DNA from: Paraspadella gotoi
Taxonomy: Eukaryota > Animalia > Chaetognatha
Reading direction: 5' to 3'
Assembly (NCBI GenBank): GCA_051294375.1
Contig: CM119264.1
Location: 13,846,813-13,910,812 of the forward strand
DNA: 64,000 nucleotides
The notes beneath the pieces are model-generated. The model saw only the letters and a list, made by a program, of their open reading frames with translations. It did no database searches and was not told where the DNA came from. The position numbers were made by a program, and so were the translations under genes. Positions 24,173-52,919 of the stretch are shown here, one piece after another. Position 1 is the first letter of the stretch; the number at the start of each line of letters is the position of its first letter.

Positions 24173-24861
24173 NNNNNNNNNNNNNNNNNNNNNNNNNNNN
24201 NNNNNNNNNNNNNNNNNNNNNNNNNNNNNNNNNNNNNNNNNNNNNNNNNNNNNNNNNNNNNNNNNNNNNNNNNNNNNNNNNNNNNNNNNNNNNNNNNNNN
24301 NNNNNNNNNNNNNNNNNNNNNNNNNNNNNNNNNNNNNNNNNNNNNNNNNNNNNNNNNNNNNNNNNNNNNNNNNNNNNNNNNNNNNNNNNNNNNNNNNNNN
24401 NNNNNNNNNNNNNNNNNNNNNNNNNNNNNNNNNNNNNNNNNNNNNNNNNNNNNNNNNNNNNNNNNNNNNNNNNNNNNNNNNNNNNNNNNNNNNNNNNNNN
24501 NNNNNNNNNNNNNNNNNNNNNNNNNNNNNNNNNNNNNNNNNNNNNNNNNNNNNNNNNNNNNNNNNNNNNNNNNNNNNNNNNNNNNNNNNNNNNNNNNNNN
24601 NNNNNNNNNNNNNNNNNNNNNNNNNNNNNNNNNNNNNNNNNNNNNNNNNNNNNNNNNNNNNNNNNNNNNNNNNNNNNNNNNNNNNNNNNNNNNNNNNNNN
24701 NNNNNNNNNNNNNNNNNNNNNNNNNNNNNNNNNNNNNNNNNNNNNNNNNNNNNNNNNNNNNNNNNNNNNNNNNNNNNNNNNNNNNNNNNNNNNNNNNNNN
24801 NNNNNNNNNNNNNNNNNNNNNNNNNNNNNNNNNNNNNNNNNNNNNNNNNNNNNNNNNNNNN
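24173..24861. other. Assembly gap (N run); further gaps near 25309-25596, 25705-25948, 46250-46462 and 63651-63864
   Basis: Runs of N. Confidence 0.99.
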
Positions 24862-25019
24862 GCTGTCAACCCTTCCCAACGTGGAACGGATCATACTGGA
24901 TATCAAACACAATGAATTATTTGATTATCGTTTATCAAATTTTTTTAAATATAGTTTTAAACATATTCTGATTTTTGTGATAACGATTTTTACGGAAAAC
25001 TCGTAATGGATTAAAGAAT

Positions 25020-26086
25020 CGATTAAAGAACGAGAAACGAACGCTGAAATCAACAATTGATAGAAGTTCCGATTTTGTACATTACTTGAGATAAAAATAT
25101 AATTCAGGGCATAGTTTGCGGATGTTCAATGCTAATTAAAAAGGTGAAGTTCTTCCCCACATCGATTTTTTTTTACAGTAAATTATTTAAAACAATTATA
25201 ATTTTAAAAATCACCCGTTAAAGGAAGTTCTTTCTGATTGACTCGACGAAGATGACGACGACGATGACGACGTCGATCGGTAATTGTGATTCCGAGAATC
25301 TGCGTGGGNNNNNNNNNNNNNNNNNNNNNNNNNNNNNNNNNNNNNNNNNNNNNNNNNNNNNNNNNNNNNNNNNNNNNNNNNNNNNNNNNNNNNNNNNNNN
25401 NNNNNNNNNNNNNNNNNNNNNNNNNNNNNNNNNNNNNNNNNNNNNNNNNNNNNNNNNNNNNNNNNNNNNNNNNNNNNNNNNNNNNNNNNNNNNNNNNNNN
25501 NNNNNNNNNNNNNNNNNNNNNNNNNNNNNNNNNNNNNNNNNNNNNNNNNNNNNNNNNNNNNNNNNNNNNNNNNNNNNNNNNNNNNNNNNNNNNNNNGACA
25601 GATAAAGAGACAGACTGACAGACCCTCACCGTCGTCTATGCAGCCGAGTTCGTCGGATCCGTCGAAACAATCGAGTTTTCCGTCGCAAACGAGTTTGTGA
25701 TCGANNNNNNNNNNNNNNNNNNNNNNNNNNNNNNNNNNNNNNNNNNNNNNNNNNNNNNNNNNNNNNNNNNNNNNNNNNNNNNNNNNNNNNNNNNNNNNNN
25801 NNNNNNNNNNNNNNNNNNNNNNNNNNNNNNNNNNNNNNNNNNNNNNNNNNNNNNNNNNNNNNNNNNNNNNNNNNNNNNNNNNNNNNNNNNNNNNNNNNNN
25901 NNNNNNNNNNNNNNNNNNNNNNNNNNNNNNNNNNNNNNNNNNNNNNNNAGTACTGAAAAGCCCCGACTGTGGTTGAGGGAGGGATAAAGAGAGAGAGAGA
26001 GAAAGAGACAGAGAAAGAGAGAGAGACAGAGAGCNNNNNNNNNNNNNNNNNNNNNNNNNTTCGTGTCTGTCTTTCTCTTCTCTGCG

Positions 26087-26117
<31 letters not shown>

Positions 26118-27475
26118 TCTCTCTGCTCTCTGCTCTTGTGTCCTCTTCATTGTCAGCATCTCAGATCTCTGGGTTAATTAGGCGATTCCCACCCACCTTT
26201 ATTTCTATGATATATACCATCCTTTAATCCGATTTTGGGCCGCTTCTTTCGCCGGGGAGTCAATACCTCCCGTCTTTATTTGCGATGATCTCCGCTTCCT
26301 GTCTCTCTCTCTTATTTGCTGTCGTCTTTCTCCTCTCTCTCTTTATGCCCTCCTGTCATACCACAGTCGGGCTTTTCCAAGTACTGGTTCATCCATACGT
26401 AGCAATCTTCTTCAACTATAATAAAAATCACCTCTCTCTCTCTCTCTCGTCTCTCTCTCTCCTCTCTCGTCTCTCTCTTTCGTCTTCTCTTATCTCTACG
26501 TCTCTCTCTCGTCTCTCTCTCGTCTCTCTCTCTCTCTCTCCTCCTCTTTGCTACCTTGCCTCTCTCGATCGTCTTCATCTTCCCCCTCTACTCGTCTCTC
26601 TCTCTTGCTCTCTGCACAGGTTCTCCGTGAGTCAAGTGACTAAGACTCAACGTGGGAGTGTCAATCAGCTATGTGGCACAAATCGATACTAAATGACTCG
26701 TTTTGCGACGGAAAACCGATTGTTTTCGACGATCGCGACCGAACTCGGTCTGCAATATGACGGACGGTGATGGTTCTGTCAATGTCTGTCTGCTTTAATC
26801 TGTCTGTTCTCTTGGGTTCCGTCGGGTTGCGTTAGTCCGTTACTCTTGTCCGTTTTGTTAATTTTCTCGCTTTGGTTCTTTTTTACCTTGAAGTTTTTCT
26901 CGTTTCCTTTGTATGTCTCTGTTTGGTTTGCAGTGTATGCCTCTTTGATTCTTGTCTCTCTTGCTTTCTCTCTCTTTTCTCGTCTCGTCGTATCTCATTC
27001 TCTCCTCTCTCATCTCTCTCCGTCGTCTTTCTCTCCTTTCGTCTCGTCTCTCTCTTCGCTCTCTCATCTTCATATCTTCTCTCTCTCTCTTCGTCTCTCT
27101 TCTCTCTCTCATTCTCTCGTCTCGATCGTCATTCTTCATATAGTCTTTACGCCACAGCCAGATTCTTCGGAATCACAATTACCTTGAATCGACGTGCGTC
27201 ATCTGTCGTCGTCATTCTTTGTCGAGTAATCAGAAAGAACTCTTTAAACGGGTGATTTTTGTGAAAATTCATAATTTGTTTTAAAAATTAATTTAGCTGC
27301 TATAAAAAAAATCGATGTGGGAAGACTTCGCCTTTTTTTAATATAGCATTGAACATATCCGCAAACTATGCCCTGAATTGATATTTTTTATCTCAAGTAA
27401 TTGTACAAAATCGTGAACTTCTATCAAATTGTTGATGTTCAGCGTTCGTTTCTTCTGGTTCTTGTAATGTTCGAA
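25020..27475. repeat. Long imperfect inverted duplication centred near 26.2 kb
   Basis: 25020..25308 is the reverse complement of about 27150..27475; 25597..25704 of about 26690..26800; 25950..26034 of about 26310..26390. The arms differ by many small indels. Confidence 0.85.
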
Positions 27476-28327
27476 GAGAGACAGAGACAGAGAGAGAGAG
27501 AGCGCCAAGAAACTTGAGATACGAGAACGAATCGTTTTTCACCCAAGAGAATAAAAGAAAGGAAATCTCGCGGAATCTGAATGTCGAGATTCTTCAGCAT
27601 CATTATCGTCGTCATCGTCGTCGGCATCGTCATCATCGTCGTCGCCAGCTGCTTAGCTTATGAGAACAAGATTTTTTTCTTGATGTTTTTTTCTTTCTAT
27701 CATTACGGAATGCATCATTATCGTCATCATCATTATTATTGTTTCCTCGTTATTATGTTTATAATCATGTTAATTTATTATTACGATTAAATTGAGGGTC
27801 GTCCTGGAAGTCATGATTATTATATAAAATAACAAATAGTTAATTAAATATCTTTATTCACCGAACCCATCTATACATTTTTTTTATCGGATCTCAATTT
27901 TTCATTCTGCTGAGGATCCTGATTTAACTCATCGACATTTTTTTTTCTTAGATAAAATTTCCAATTCCGGATTTACTTTTACGTTTCAAAAAAAATGTGA
28001 AAATGTTTGAACTTTTTAAAACAAGAAATATATCGAATTCACAGACTTGGGTGTATTTTATTTTCAATCTCAAATTTCGATATTTTTTGGAAAAAAAATA
28101 TTCAATTATATAAAAGTGTATAAATTAAAAATTAAAAATTAAAAATACCGATATTTGTTATAAATGAAGCCATGACCAATATGAAGTTAAAAAACCCTGA
28201 TTTTCGCGAATAGAAATTTCGTTTTCTTCCGGTTCAACTTTTTTTCTGCGAAGATTGAAAAAAAGAATTCTAATGAAATTCGTGGTTTTCATCTCCTCTT
28301 TTTATTTGGGCTTCATAATTCTTTGCT

Positions 28328-28420
<93 letters not shown>

Positions 28421-29225
28421 TTGCGTTCTTGCTTTTTCCCCTCATTTTCGGTTTCATTTCTATTTCATTCTTTCTGATTTACTGCATAGAATCAAAATTT
28501 GCATCTCTCGTTGAAAGAAGGCGCGACGGAGAGCGTGAGCGAGAGGGAGGGAGCGAGATAAATAGAGAAAGCGAGTGAGAAAAGAAAAGACAGAGATAAA
28601 ATGAAAACAAGGCATCTGCTCTCAGGCTGGATCCAGACAACGATTCTCACTCACATTACCATGTACGCTCTGGTTCGCTCTCAATCTCATTCGTTCAGCG
28701 CCCTCTTCCTTCCTGGATGAATGCAGCCTCGTTTCAGTCTTGAGAAACCCCGCCATCGGAAACACGTCACGAGACTTTTCCGATTCTCAATGGTCTGCAT
28801 TCAACTCATTTTCATCCAACCGTTTTGATTCTCGACAAAATTATCGAAGAAAATTATCCCGCAGTCGAAAATGTCGATAGAAAACTTCAATCACTCCACT
28901 CAGATCGATATTTAGTTTGTGATTTGTGAGTCAATAACCCAACTCGACTAAATCACACAAGTTTATTATACATCACTCAGTCACCCTCGGCATTGACCTC
29001 TCTCCATTCAATTTCCTGGTCCTCTGGTATTTCGTCGCTTCTCACTACTTGACCACCTAATCACAAAATCAAGCTTGACTCAACAGCTTGGTCAATTGTT
29101 TCGAGTGACAATCGCCACTCGTTCTTACCGATTCTCGCCAGTCGTCGGTGAACACTCCCGACTTAATCGCCCGGTCATTCACTCATTTCGACCCGATCTC
29201 CCGTCACGACTCTCGCCCTAATCAC

Positions 29226-43555
<14,330 letters not shown>

Positions 43556-45575
43556 ATTTTTCTCCTTTTTTTTCAAATGTAAACTTTGGGCAGGAAAAAA
43601 AAAATTCCGGAAAGTTTTATCCAAAGAAATTTTTTTTCATTTTTGTTCTTTCCGGACGGCGATGACGAAAATATTCCGGTGGAATTTTTTTTTTTTTTTC
43701 TGGTTGGAAATAGCGTTGGATAAGAATAGAAGGGAAAGGGAAGAAGCGAAGACGATTGTGGGAAGAAGCGAAAAGGAAGCGGACGGAAGAAGCGGACGGA
43801 AGATGAGGGGGAGAAGCGGGAAAGGCGGAGAAAAGAGCGGAGAATTATGGGGAATTATGAAGGACGAAACGAGGAAGACGTAAATAGTAAAAAGGGTGAA
43901 GGAGAGAGAGGAAAATGGAGCATAGAAAGATGGAGACTGAACCAGAAATCGGTGTCGACTGGAGCATGTGAAGACTGGAGCAGACGAAAGGTGAAGAAAG
44001 GAGCAAAAGCCAGACAGACGAAATCCGGAATGGGAATATCGACGAATGTGAAGAAAGGAATTTTTTTTTTCCCCCCGTTTTCCTATTTCTATTTTTAGAT
44101 CCTTTCCCTTTTTTTTTTCCTTCGTGAATTTGGATTTCGTTTTTCAATTTCGTTTTAATCCGCCAGGAACGACGGTGGCGCAGCTGGAAGATTTTGTAGA
44201 AGGAATTAGCTTTTGTTTTTTTTTTTGGGACACTAATAGTTAAATTGTTTTTACTAGTTTGTATTAGTTTCTTTTACTCCCGCTATCCAAATCACATTTT
44301 GTTAATTTCTCCGCATGTTTATAATTTTCAAGGTTTTCGAATTTTATTTTAAAAAAGTTTTTTTCATCGAAATCGTTTTTAAATATTTATTTGTTGTTTT
44401 TGCCGGTCTCCATTTTTTTTTTCATCTTTCGCCTCGCAAATTTTCGTTGGCGTTCATCAAATCTTCATCCTCTCTTTTTCTTTCTTTCATCAATCATTAT
44501 ATATTCCTCTTTGTCTGTTGTTTCGTTTTAATCCCGAGAAAATCCACACGATCCAGGGAATCGCTTCTCGCGAGACCAAAAAACTCATACGTGACTCGAA
44601 TTCAAATGATTTTCTTTCCTTTTTACTTTTCAATTTCATTTATTTTTTATTTTTTTTGGTCGAAGTCAAGGTTCTGAAAGAAATAGATATACACAGTTTT
44701 GGTCCTTTAACATATGTGTTTTTAAGAAAAAAGGTCTTGTTAAAACTTTGTAAGAAAACAGTTTCAATTTGCGAATGCATTATTATGATCATTGTATTTG
44801 TATCATTTCCATAAATTTGTGACAAAATATTTTACATAATTATAAGTATACTTAGGAAGATTATCTTTCAATTTTTTAAACTTTTAAACTGTCGAATAAA
44901 CAGCTATTTATTCGGGATTTGATAGGAAAGACATTATTCTATAAAAAAAAAGAGCGGTCCTTTCTTTGAATTATTTTTTTTTACCTTAGAATTAACTTGA
45001 ATCCACAGGGGGCGATTTGGTCTCGGCCTAAATGGCTCCTTTCTTTACGTAAACATAAAATGCGCAAATGTTTGATACTTTATCGTCGCGATTCTATCAG
45101 AGACGAATGTTCAACTTCCGTGGCCAACGTAAACAACCACGGGTCGGCGAAGATGAAAATATAAAGAAAGAAAAAAACGCGGTAGGCCTTAATCTTCGTA
45201 TAAACTGATAACAAGCCACAAACGTCAACCGAGAATATTCGATACGGGCGTCCGGGCGGGGAGGCAGCGGGAAGACCGACCAAAGAAGATACCCGCCGTC
45301 GAAAGAAAATGGAAAACCCATGCGATAAATTTCCGGATATTGATGTGCAAGGGAGAGTAGGAGAGAGGGCGAGGGGGGAGGGGGGTGGAAGGCTGAGGTT
45401 AGAAAGAAAAGAAAAGGGAGGAGGAGGAGGAGGATGAGGGGGAGAAAGATAGGGAAGGCGGGGAGGATAAAAGAAGATCGGAAAGATAGAAAAGTAAAAA
45501 AGAGGGAGAAGGCGACAGATAAAAGAACAGAGAGAAAGAGTGTTAATGAGAAGAGAGAGAGAGAGAGAGAGAGAG

Positions 45576-45620
<45 letters not shown>

Positions 45621-45913
45621 AGAGAGAGAAAAGAGAGAGATGGTGCCGAGCGTCTTAGCTCTTAAATTTTAGCCTCGAGTGGAGGGAGGCGCTGGGCGTC
45701 CGTTGCTAACAACCTCATTCTTCACAATTCTTCCTTTTTCCTCCTCGACTTCTCTTCATCTTTTCTTTTATCTTTCGTTTTCTTTCCTCCACTTCTCTTC
45801 ATTTCTTTTCTTTTTTCTCTTTCTATTTTTTTCTTTTCTTTTAAGCCATTCATATAGCTTTCATACTTTTTTTCCCTTTTCCGAAAACCGAAATGAGAGT
45901 GAAAAGGATTAGT

Positions 45914-46037
<124 letters not shown>

Positions 46038-47069
46038 GGAGGGACTAGAGGTTTAATTGCTTCTTCGCCTTTGTTCTTTTCTTGAAAAACACCTGATCCG
46101 CAAAAACCGGGAGACGATTAGGGAAAAAAGAGAACAAAGAAAAAAAGAAAATTAGTGGGGAAAAAATAAACAAAAGATGAAAGTAGAAAAGTAAAAAAGA
46201 AAGAAAGACTAAAGAAAAAAGAGAAAAAAAGAAAGAAAGAAAGAAAGAANNNNNNNNNNNNNNNNNNNNNNNNNNNNNNNNNNNNNNNNNNNNNNNNNNN
46301 NNNNNNNNNNNNNNNNNNNNNNNNNNNNNNNNNNNNNNNNNNNNNNNNNNNNNNNNNNNNNNNNNNNNNNNNNNNNNNNNNNNNNNNNNNNNNNNNNNNN
46401 NNNNNNNNNNNNNNNNNNNNNNNNNNNNNNNNNNNNNNNNNNNNNNNNNNNNNNNNNNNNNNGAAAGAAAGAAAGAAAGAAAGAAGGAAAGAAAGAAAGA
46501 AGTAAGCCCATAAGAATGCATATATAAAAACCAGCGATGAGCTTAAAGCGAGCAATCAAGAAGAGGTAATAAAACGATTTCCGGAATCAACGGATATCGA
46601 TAAGGCCAAAATAAAAATGGTCATCTGAGGATGCCGATCCTCTCTCTCTTCTCTCTCTCTGCTCTCCTCTCTCTCTCGCTGCCTCTCTCTCTCTCTCTGT
46701 CTCTCTCTCTCTCTCTTCTGCTCTCTCTTCTTCTCAGCTCGCTCATTAACTCCATTCGACGCTGCATTCGTCTTCTTACTCAGCGGTTTCTCTTTTTTAT
46801 CTCCACGCGAAGAAAAAAAAAAAAACCAAGTTCTTATTCGATTCTAGTCTTTAATTGAGAAGGACTTTTTGTCGGACGAGACTAATGTCTACATGCGTCC
46901 TGCGGACACCGCCTAATCCTCTTTGTTTCAGGAGATATTCTTGCTGACAATGAAGACTTTAAAGTGAACCCCTCGAAGCATTATATAGGGAACGAAAGCT
47001 TGTTTTTTTTTTTTTTTCGTTTTTTTTTTGTTGTTTTTTTTTAATTTTGTAAGGTTTTAAAGAATCAAT

Positions 47070-47250
47070 ATTAAGGGAAAACATTTTTTTGTTTTGTTTT
47101 CAGACAACGAATTTATTTTAGTGAAAAACGGACATGTTTCGGCTAACCTTCATCATTTGTGAAATGAAAGCTAATAAAATAGCCGAAAGACGTTCGTTTT
47201 TCACTAAAATAAATATTTTGTCTGAAAACGAAACTATTTTTTTCCTTTGA
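47070..47250. mobile_element. MITE-like hairpin (~180 bp)
   Basis: Arms gttttcagacaa..tttattttagtgaaaaacg..tttcggcta and tagccgaaa..cgtttttcactaaaataaa..ttgtctgaaaac are reverse complements around a ~35-nt loop. Confidence 0.65.
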
Positions 47251-48414
47251 TGCTCCTTACTTACTACGAAACGGAAGAATTAAAACAATGTCTAAAGAAT
47301 CAATATAAATATTTTTACATTTTGTTGAGCTTCAGGGAATATTTCAGAGACTACGACCTTACAATGAGGTCATATTAAGATATGTATTGATTGTACATGC
47401 GGTGTCCAAACTTTCCTTCCATATCCTTAATTCCATAAAACATTTTGCGACACCCACCCTCCCGCTTCCGTCAACGCCCCCCTCCCCCTTCCCTCAGCCC
47501 CGGAAATCTCCCGGCCCGAAATGGCGGGAAAATAAAAGGAAATAAAAGAAAATAGGATTTTGCCAAAAATGCAAACACCATCAATCGCGGTTTTTTAAAG
47601 GCGTCGCCCATTCATCGTTTCTGCCGAAATGAAACGACGAGTTTTTTTGACAGGAAAACGAGAAAAAATCCTTCATTCGAAATTTCCCACCTTTCGTCTC
47701 GCCACCAGTTGCGTACAATGTCTCGTCAATCTGAGATAAGGGCGTCTTTCCTTACCTCCGTTCATTGGGTCTTGATCAAACTTTTAGAATTAACTTAAGT
47801 TATCACTTTGAAAATGAAAAATATAGGAAGAGTAAATTAGACGAAGGAATAATAACTTGTACTACTCCATGATATTTAATGCTAATTGCTTAAAATATTT
47901 TCCGAATTGAACTCGGGTTGACGCGCTATTTTAATGTGTCTTTTTGCTTAAGATTTACGGATGAATCGTTTATGAGCGTGATGAAGCGACATTAAGATCC
48001 ACCACCCTACTGCGAATTACTAATAAAACTTATATAATTTGTTAGAAATTTAGGTGTTTACAAACTGAGTTCATCTTGCCTGTCACTCGATCACGTCATT
48101 TTTTTGGTCACGTGACTCTTGTTCGCGATTCTCAGGCTTCGTTTGGCGGGAAAAAAGCGGAAATCCTTGGAGTTAATCCTTTTTCTTCAAACTCCTCGCC
48201 TCCTGTTCCTCTCTCCGTCCCTCCGACTGACCTTCCGCCTTTTTTTTTTTATCCCTTCTTTCCTTCATTCTTGATTCATTCCTTCGCTCTTTTTCGGATT
48301 CTCTTTGACATCATTCCTCTCTTTTTTTCTCCATCCTGCCATCTTTTTGCCATCTATTTGCCATCTTGTTGGACTCAAGTCGTCGACGTCGTTCGTCTTT
48401 CGAGTTCGACACTT

Positions 48415-48490
48415 TTCTTCTTTTTTCTTCTTTTTTCTTCTTTTTTCTTCTTTTTTCTTCTTTTTTCTTCTTTTTTCTTCTTTTTTCTTC
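48415..48490. repeat. (TTTTTTCTTC)n 10-bp repeat
   Basis: About 7 perfect copies. Confidence 0.9.
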
Positions 48491-49168
48491 CCCTTTTTTA
48501 TTTTTCTTTTTCTTCTTCCTTTTTTCTCTAAATCCTTTTTCCCCCTTAACTTCTTCCTTTGTCCTTCTTTTTTCTTTTCTTCATTCTCTTTTCTCCTTTT
48601 TCTTTTTCTTTGTCCTTTTCTACGTCGCCTTTCCTTCTTTTCCTTAGTCTTTTTTCCTTGTTCCTCTTTTTATTTTTTTTCTTCACTTTTTTCCCTTTTC
48701 ATTCCTCTTTACTTTCTTTTCCGCTTAGTCTTTTCTTGTCTTGACATTAATTCCCGCGTAAAAAAAGGTCATTTTTGTCTTTTGCATTTTCAATCATATT
48801 TTATAATCACTAATAATGTCCAACCTTGGTTTTCCCCATCGTTTCATCGCAGGAAATAGACCAGTAGATGGATTTGATAAACCAAATGGTTTTCCTCTCT
48901 TGGCTTTTCCGTCTTTTCTTCTAATTAACTAATCAGAGAGGAGGCTTCCCTCAGGACACCCACGGCAGGGAAAGAGGAGAGGGAACTTGGTCACTCTTTA
49001 ACTTACCTTCAAGAACTCAGAATCAAATTCTATTTATTTTATTTGTTTACTGTCTGTTTATTCTGCATAATCTTAATAAACTATCGTTAAATCTCCTTAG
49101 GTGTTTAATGTTAATAAAACTCCTTTAATTTCTCCAAAATAAACCACGCCTACTTCCTTCGTTGTTGG

Positions 49169-49205
49169 GGCGGCGGTGGGATTCGAACCCACGCCTCCGA
49201 AGAGA
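49169..49205 (-). pseudogene. 3' half of tRNA-Leu (variable arm, T arm, acceptor 3' strand); truncated
   Basis: Minus strand reads TCTCTTCGGAGGCGTGGGTTCGAATCCCACCGCCGCC, close to the metazoan tRNA-Leu 3' end. No D arm or anticodon arm upstream. Confidence 0.75.
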
Positions 49206-50573
49206 ATACTTCTTTCGTTGGTTTCTTGGATTATTAAACTTTAAAGGCAGTTTTTTCTCATTAAAATTAATTGAGATGTCAGTGACAACCCAGGTAAATA
49301 TTTTACATGAACTCCATTTATTATATACTTTCTTAATTGAAAAAAAATAGCCATGTACAATTGTACATTGTACATTGTACTATATATTGTCTTATTTCAG
49401 CCTTTTTTTAACTTTTCGTTGATTGTGACTATTTTCCGGAAAAAAAAGTAGACACAATCTTACACATTTCTCAAATATACATAAAATGCACAAAAGAGAA
49501 AACTAACACGAAGAAAATTTAATTTATTAATTAATTATTAATTATTAATTATTAATTAAGGCAAAAAATATTTTTTCCACCTCCATTCACCCCCAAGTAC
49601 ATTTTCTCATTTATTTTTACAATCTTTTTTTCGTCAACACATGCTTACATTAACAAATACGATAACATACAATAACAAATCAGGATTTATTAAGTATTAA
49701 ATTCCTTACCAAACCCGATCAGCTTTTCCTTTTTAAATCCAAGTTTCTTTTTCTTTTAAAATGAAATCTCAAATTTTTTCATTTGGCTTTCGAGACAAAA
49801 GGAAAATTCGCTGAGTCAAACGAAAACTATTCCACTGCGTCTTCTTCTTCCATGTTGTTGTTATTGTTGTAGTTATTGAAAAAAAAAATTTAAAATTCTT
49901 AAATTTCCTTTCATAGTACAGTAGTATATCTCTGAAAGTGGTTGGCGCCGTAATTCTTAATGTATTTCCGATCCGTAAATAGCGGGAACCGTTCGAAGTA
50001 AGTGCCTTTTGTTCGCGACGATGAAAAATGTCTTGGGTAAGTTGACTTATGCGAAACCATAAATGGAATCGGTTAAAAAAAAAAAAGTTAAAAAAAGAGA
50101 AAAAAAAATTCGGTTCCGAGAAAATTTCTTAAGAGAGAGAAAAAAAAATTCCGCGTTCAATCGCGCGCGTGTGACGACGATAACGACGACGACGACGACG
50201 ATGAGGAAGAGGAGGAAGAGGAAGAAGAAAACGATGACGAGAACGAGAGACACAACGACGAAGAAAAACAAAAATGACCACGAAGAATAAATGGCATTTA
50301 ATGGAAATAGAATTAGAGAAAAGGATGAAAAGGAAAGTTGGAGAAATTGATTAATAGAACAGAATATAAACCAAAACTGAATTTAACGATGGCCGAGGAT
50401 TATAAATTATAACTAAATTATGATGATAAGATGATGATAACGATGATGATGATGGTGATATTGATGATGATGATGATGAGAATGATGATTGATGATGATT
50501 GAAGAAGATGTAGACGACGACAAAAACAACGACAAAAAAAAATGAAGAAACTCGGAAAGAAATGAAAGTCGAA

Positions 50574-50609
<36 letters not shown>

Positions 50610-51633
50610 CGCGACGATAACGGTGACGATGAAAACGACGATATTAACGAAAACGATGACTACAATGACGACGACAACGACGACGACAACGACGCAACGC
50701 GTGACCGTTTCGCGCGCGCGTCTGGGAAAGAGAACGTGGGCGAATTTGCAGAAACTGCCGGCGGCAAAATATGCGCGCGCGGAATCACATGGGAAATCCG
50801 GAGAGAGAGAGAGAGAGAGAAGAGAGAAGAGGAGAGAGAGAAGGAGAGAGAGAGATGAGGAGAGATGATGAGAGCAGAGAGAAGAGAGAGAGAGAGAGAG
50901 AGTAGTAAATCCGGTTGAAGGAAGATAAAACAGCAGAAAATAAAGTGAGAAAAATTATTGGAATTTCTGTCGCCAAATGAAATCTTTGACAAGACAAAAT
51001 TAAAAGGAATTTATGATATGATCCAGTTGCTGCAGATAATTGGAAAGCAGGAAATATGATGCCAATGTTTTCAGAATATAATTTAATAAAGCCTAGATCT
51101 CAGAACGTATCGTATAAAATCTAATGATCCGAAATAGTAAGAGGTGGTTAAGAAATGGATGTAATAACAATTTTTAATTTAATACCACAAGAAAAACCTT
51201 TAAGTGAATTTTACAAGGGCAACCGTCTATAGAGAGACGATCCCACGCTACAAAAGTTTGCATTGGCCTCACAGGATGAAGAGGCAAAAGATTTAACTCG
51301 AACTTTCTTGAACAAACAAAGTTGGCTTTCATCTTCAGCTGGTCAAAGCGAAGACGACAAAAACAAACGGAGATTTGTAAGGAAAAGGAAAAGGAAAAGG
51401 AAAAGGAAAAACCTCATCGAATGCAAGCGACGGTTTCATTTCACGACCGACTGACGTTTTGACGTGCGCGATGTCGACTCCGCGCGCGTTTTTCCCCGAA
51501 GAAACGAAATTATTTATGCAAATTCTCCCGACGCTATGAATGAAAATTATTCAAAGTTTACAAAGACATTGTGGCTCTGTCCTCATGAATAAACATGGAA
51601 TCAAGAAGACTCCTCGGCTGTCGCGTCCGAATC

Positions 51634-51685
<52 letters not shown>

Positions 51686-52919
51686 GAGAGAGAGAGTCTC
51701 GCGAGACGAGTCCGACGCTGAGATGGGGAGATGATCCAGGAGACGCCAAATGTGAATTATGAAATGAGAATTGTGAAATGCAAAAATGTGAACATATTTA
51801 AAGGAGCGAAATGCAAAGGAAGCCAGCAAACAACATGTCCAATTGAGCAGCACAAAAAAAAGGTCAATAGCGGTGAGGGAGTCACTGAAAGTTGTGAATT
51901 GTAGGAAGAGCGTGTGATAATTTCAGTGAGTGGATTCGTCGCCTCAGAATTTCGTTTTCACTGGATTTAATTCACACTCACCCGCGCGTGAATTCATAAA
52001 TTTTTGGTGTGAAAGGCTTTTTTAGTTCGTTCTTTCGCTATTTTTTTTTTTTGATTGTGAACGAGTTGAAAGGAGAATCGAAAATAATAAATTAAAACCA
52101 CAATTTATGCGGCGCTGATTAGTCTTCTAGTTCCGCCTTTTTTTGGTCTTTGTTCGAAATTAATGAAAACAGTTATTTCTTTTTTGTGTTTTTTTTTAAT
52201 CGATTAGTTAAAAAAAAAAAGTCGAACTACGAATAAAGACGTCGAGAAAACCTCCGAAGATAGAACGACGATCAGAAAATAAGACAGAAGACATAAAAAG
52301 TGAATACCAAAAAAAAAAAAAAGGAAACAAAACAAAGAGAATCGCATACAAAAGACAATTGGAATAGAGATACTGCGTTTCCAAACAGAACAGAACTGTA
52401 GAGAGGATAGCAAAACAAGGGTGAAAGCTCGAAAAAAAGACAGTAACCCCAAAAAGAGAGAGAATATTGAGAGGGAGAGAGAGAGGAGAGAGAAAGTTCG
52501 TTTCATTCACCTTTAATTTCGCTAATCGCCTGCGGGGTCGTAAAAAAGGAGTCGCCCTCAATCCGAATAATTAAAAAAATATGTGAGAGAAGTGAGCGTG
52601 ACAATTAGGCCGTCGATAAAGTCACAAACTAACTCGATGTTACAATTAATTCACATCCAGTAGCTTTTTTTCCGGAACGGAGGGTTTTTTAAAAAAAGGT
52701 AATAAACGATGTATGAATGAATGAAGTTGTGTTTTCCGACTTTCTCTGCCTTACTTCACAGATTAGTTTCCGTTTCTTATCGTTTTTTTTAGTCGGATCA
52801 GCAGATTCCGACTCTATAATCCACTTTGTCGGGTCCGTCGTCCGCTCCCTCAATCTTATCGGGCATTAATTTCTTTCATGTCTGAACATCGAATTATGAT
52901 AAATTATATAAAAAAATTC

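Noticed and set aside
24036-26181. Long ORFs containing X runs
   Set aside because: They are open only because they cross N gaps.
26285-28578. SLSL/ERER/poly-F ORFs here and throughout (e.g. 8040, 31635, 35799, 48076)
   Set aside because: Translations of (CT)n, (GA)n and (GAAA)n microsatellites; no coding signal.
49166-49190. LTR-retrotransposon primer-binding site for tRNA-Leu
   Set aside because: The match extends well beyond 18 nt, there is no upstream LTR ending in CA and no gag-pol follows.
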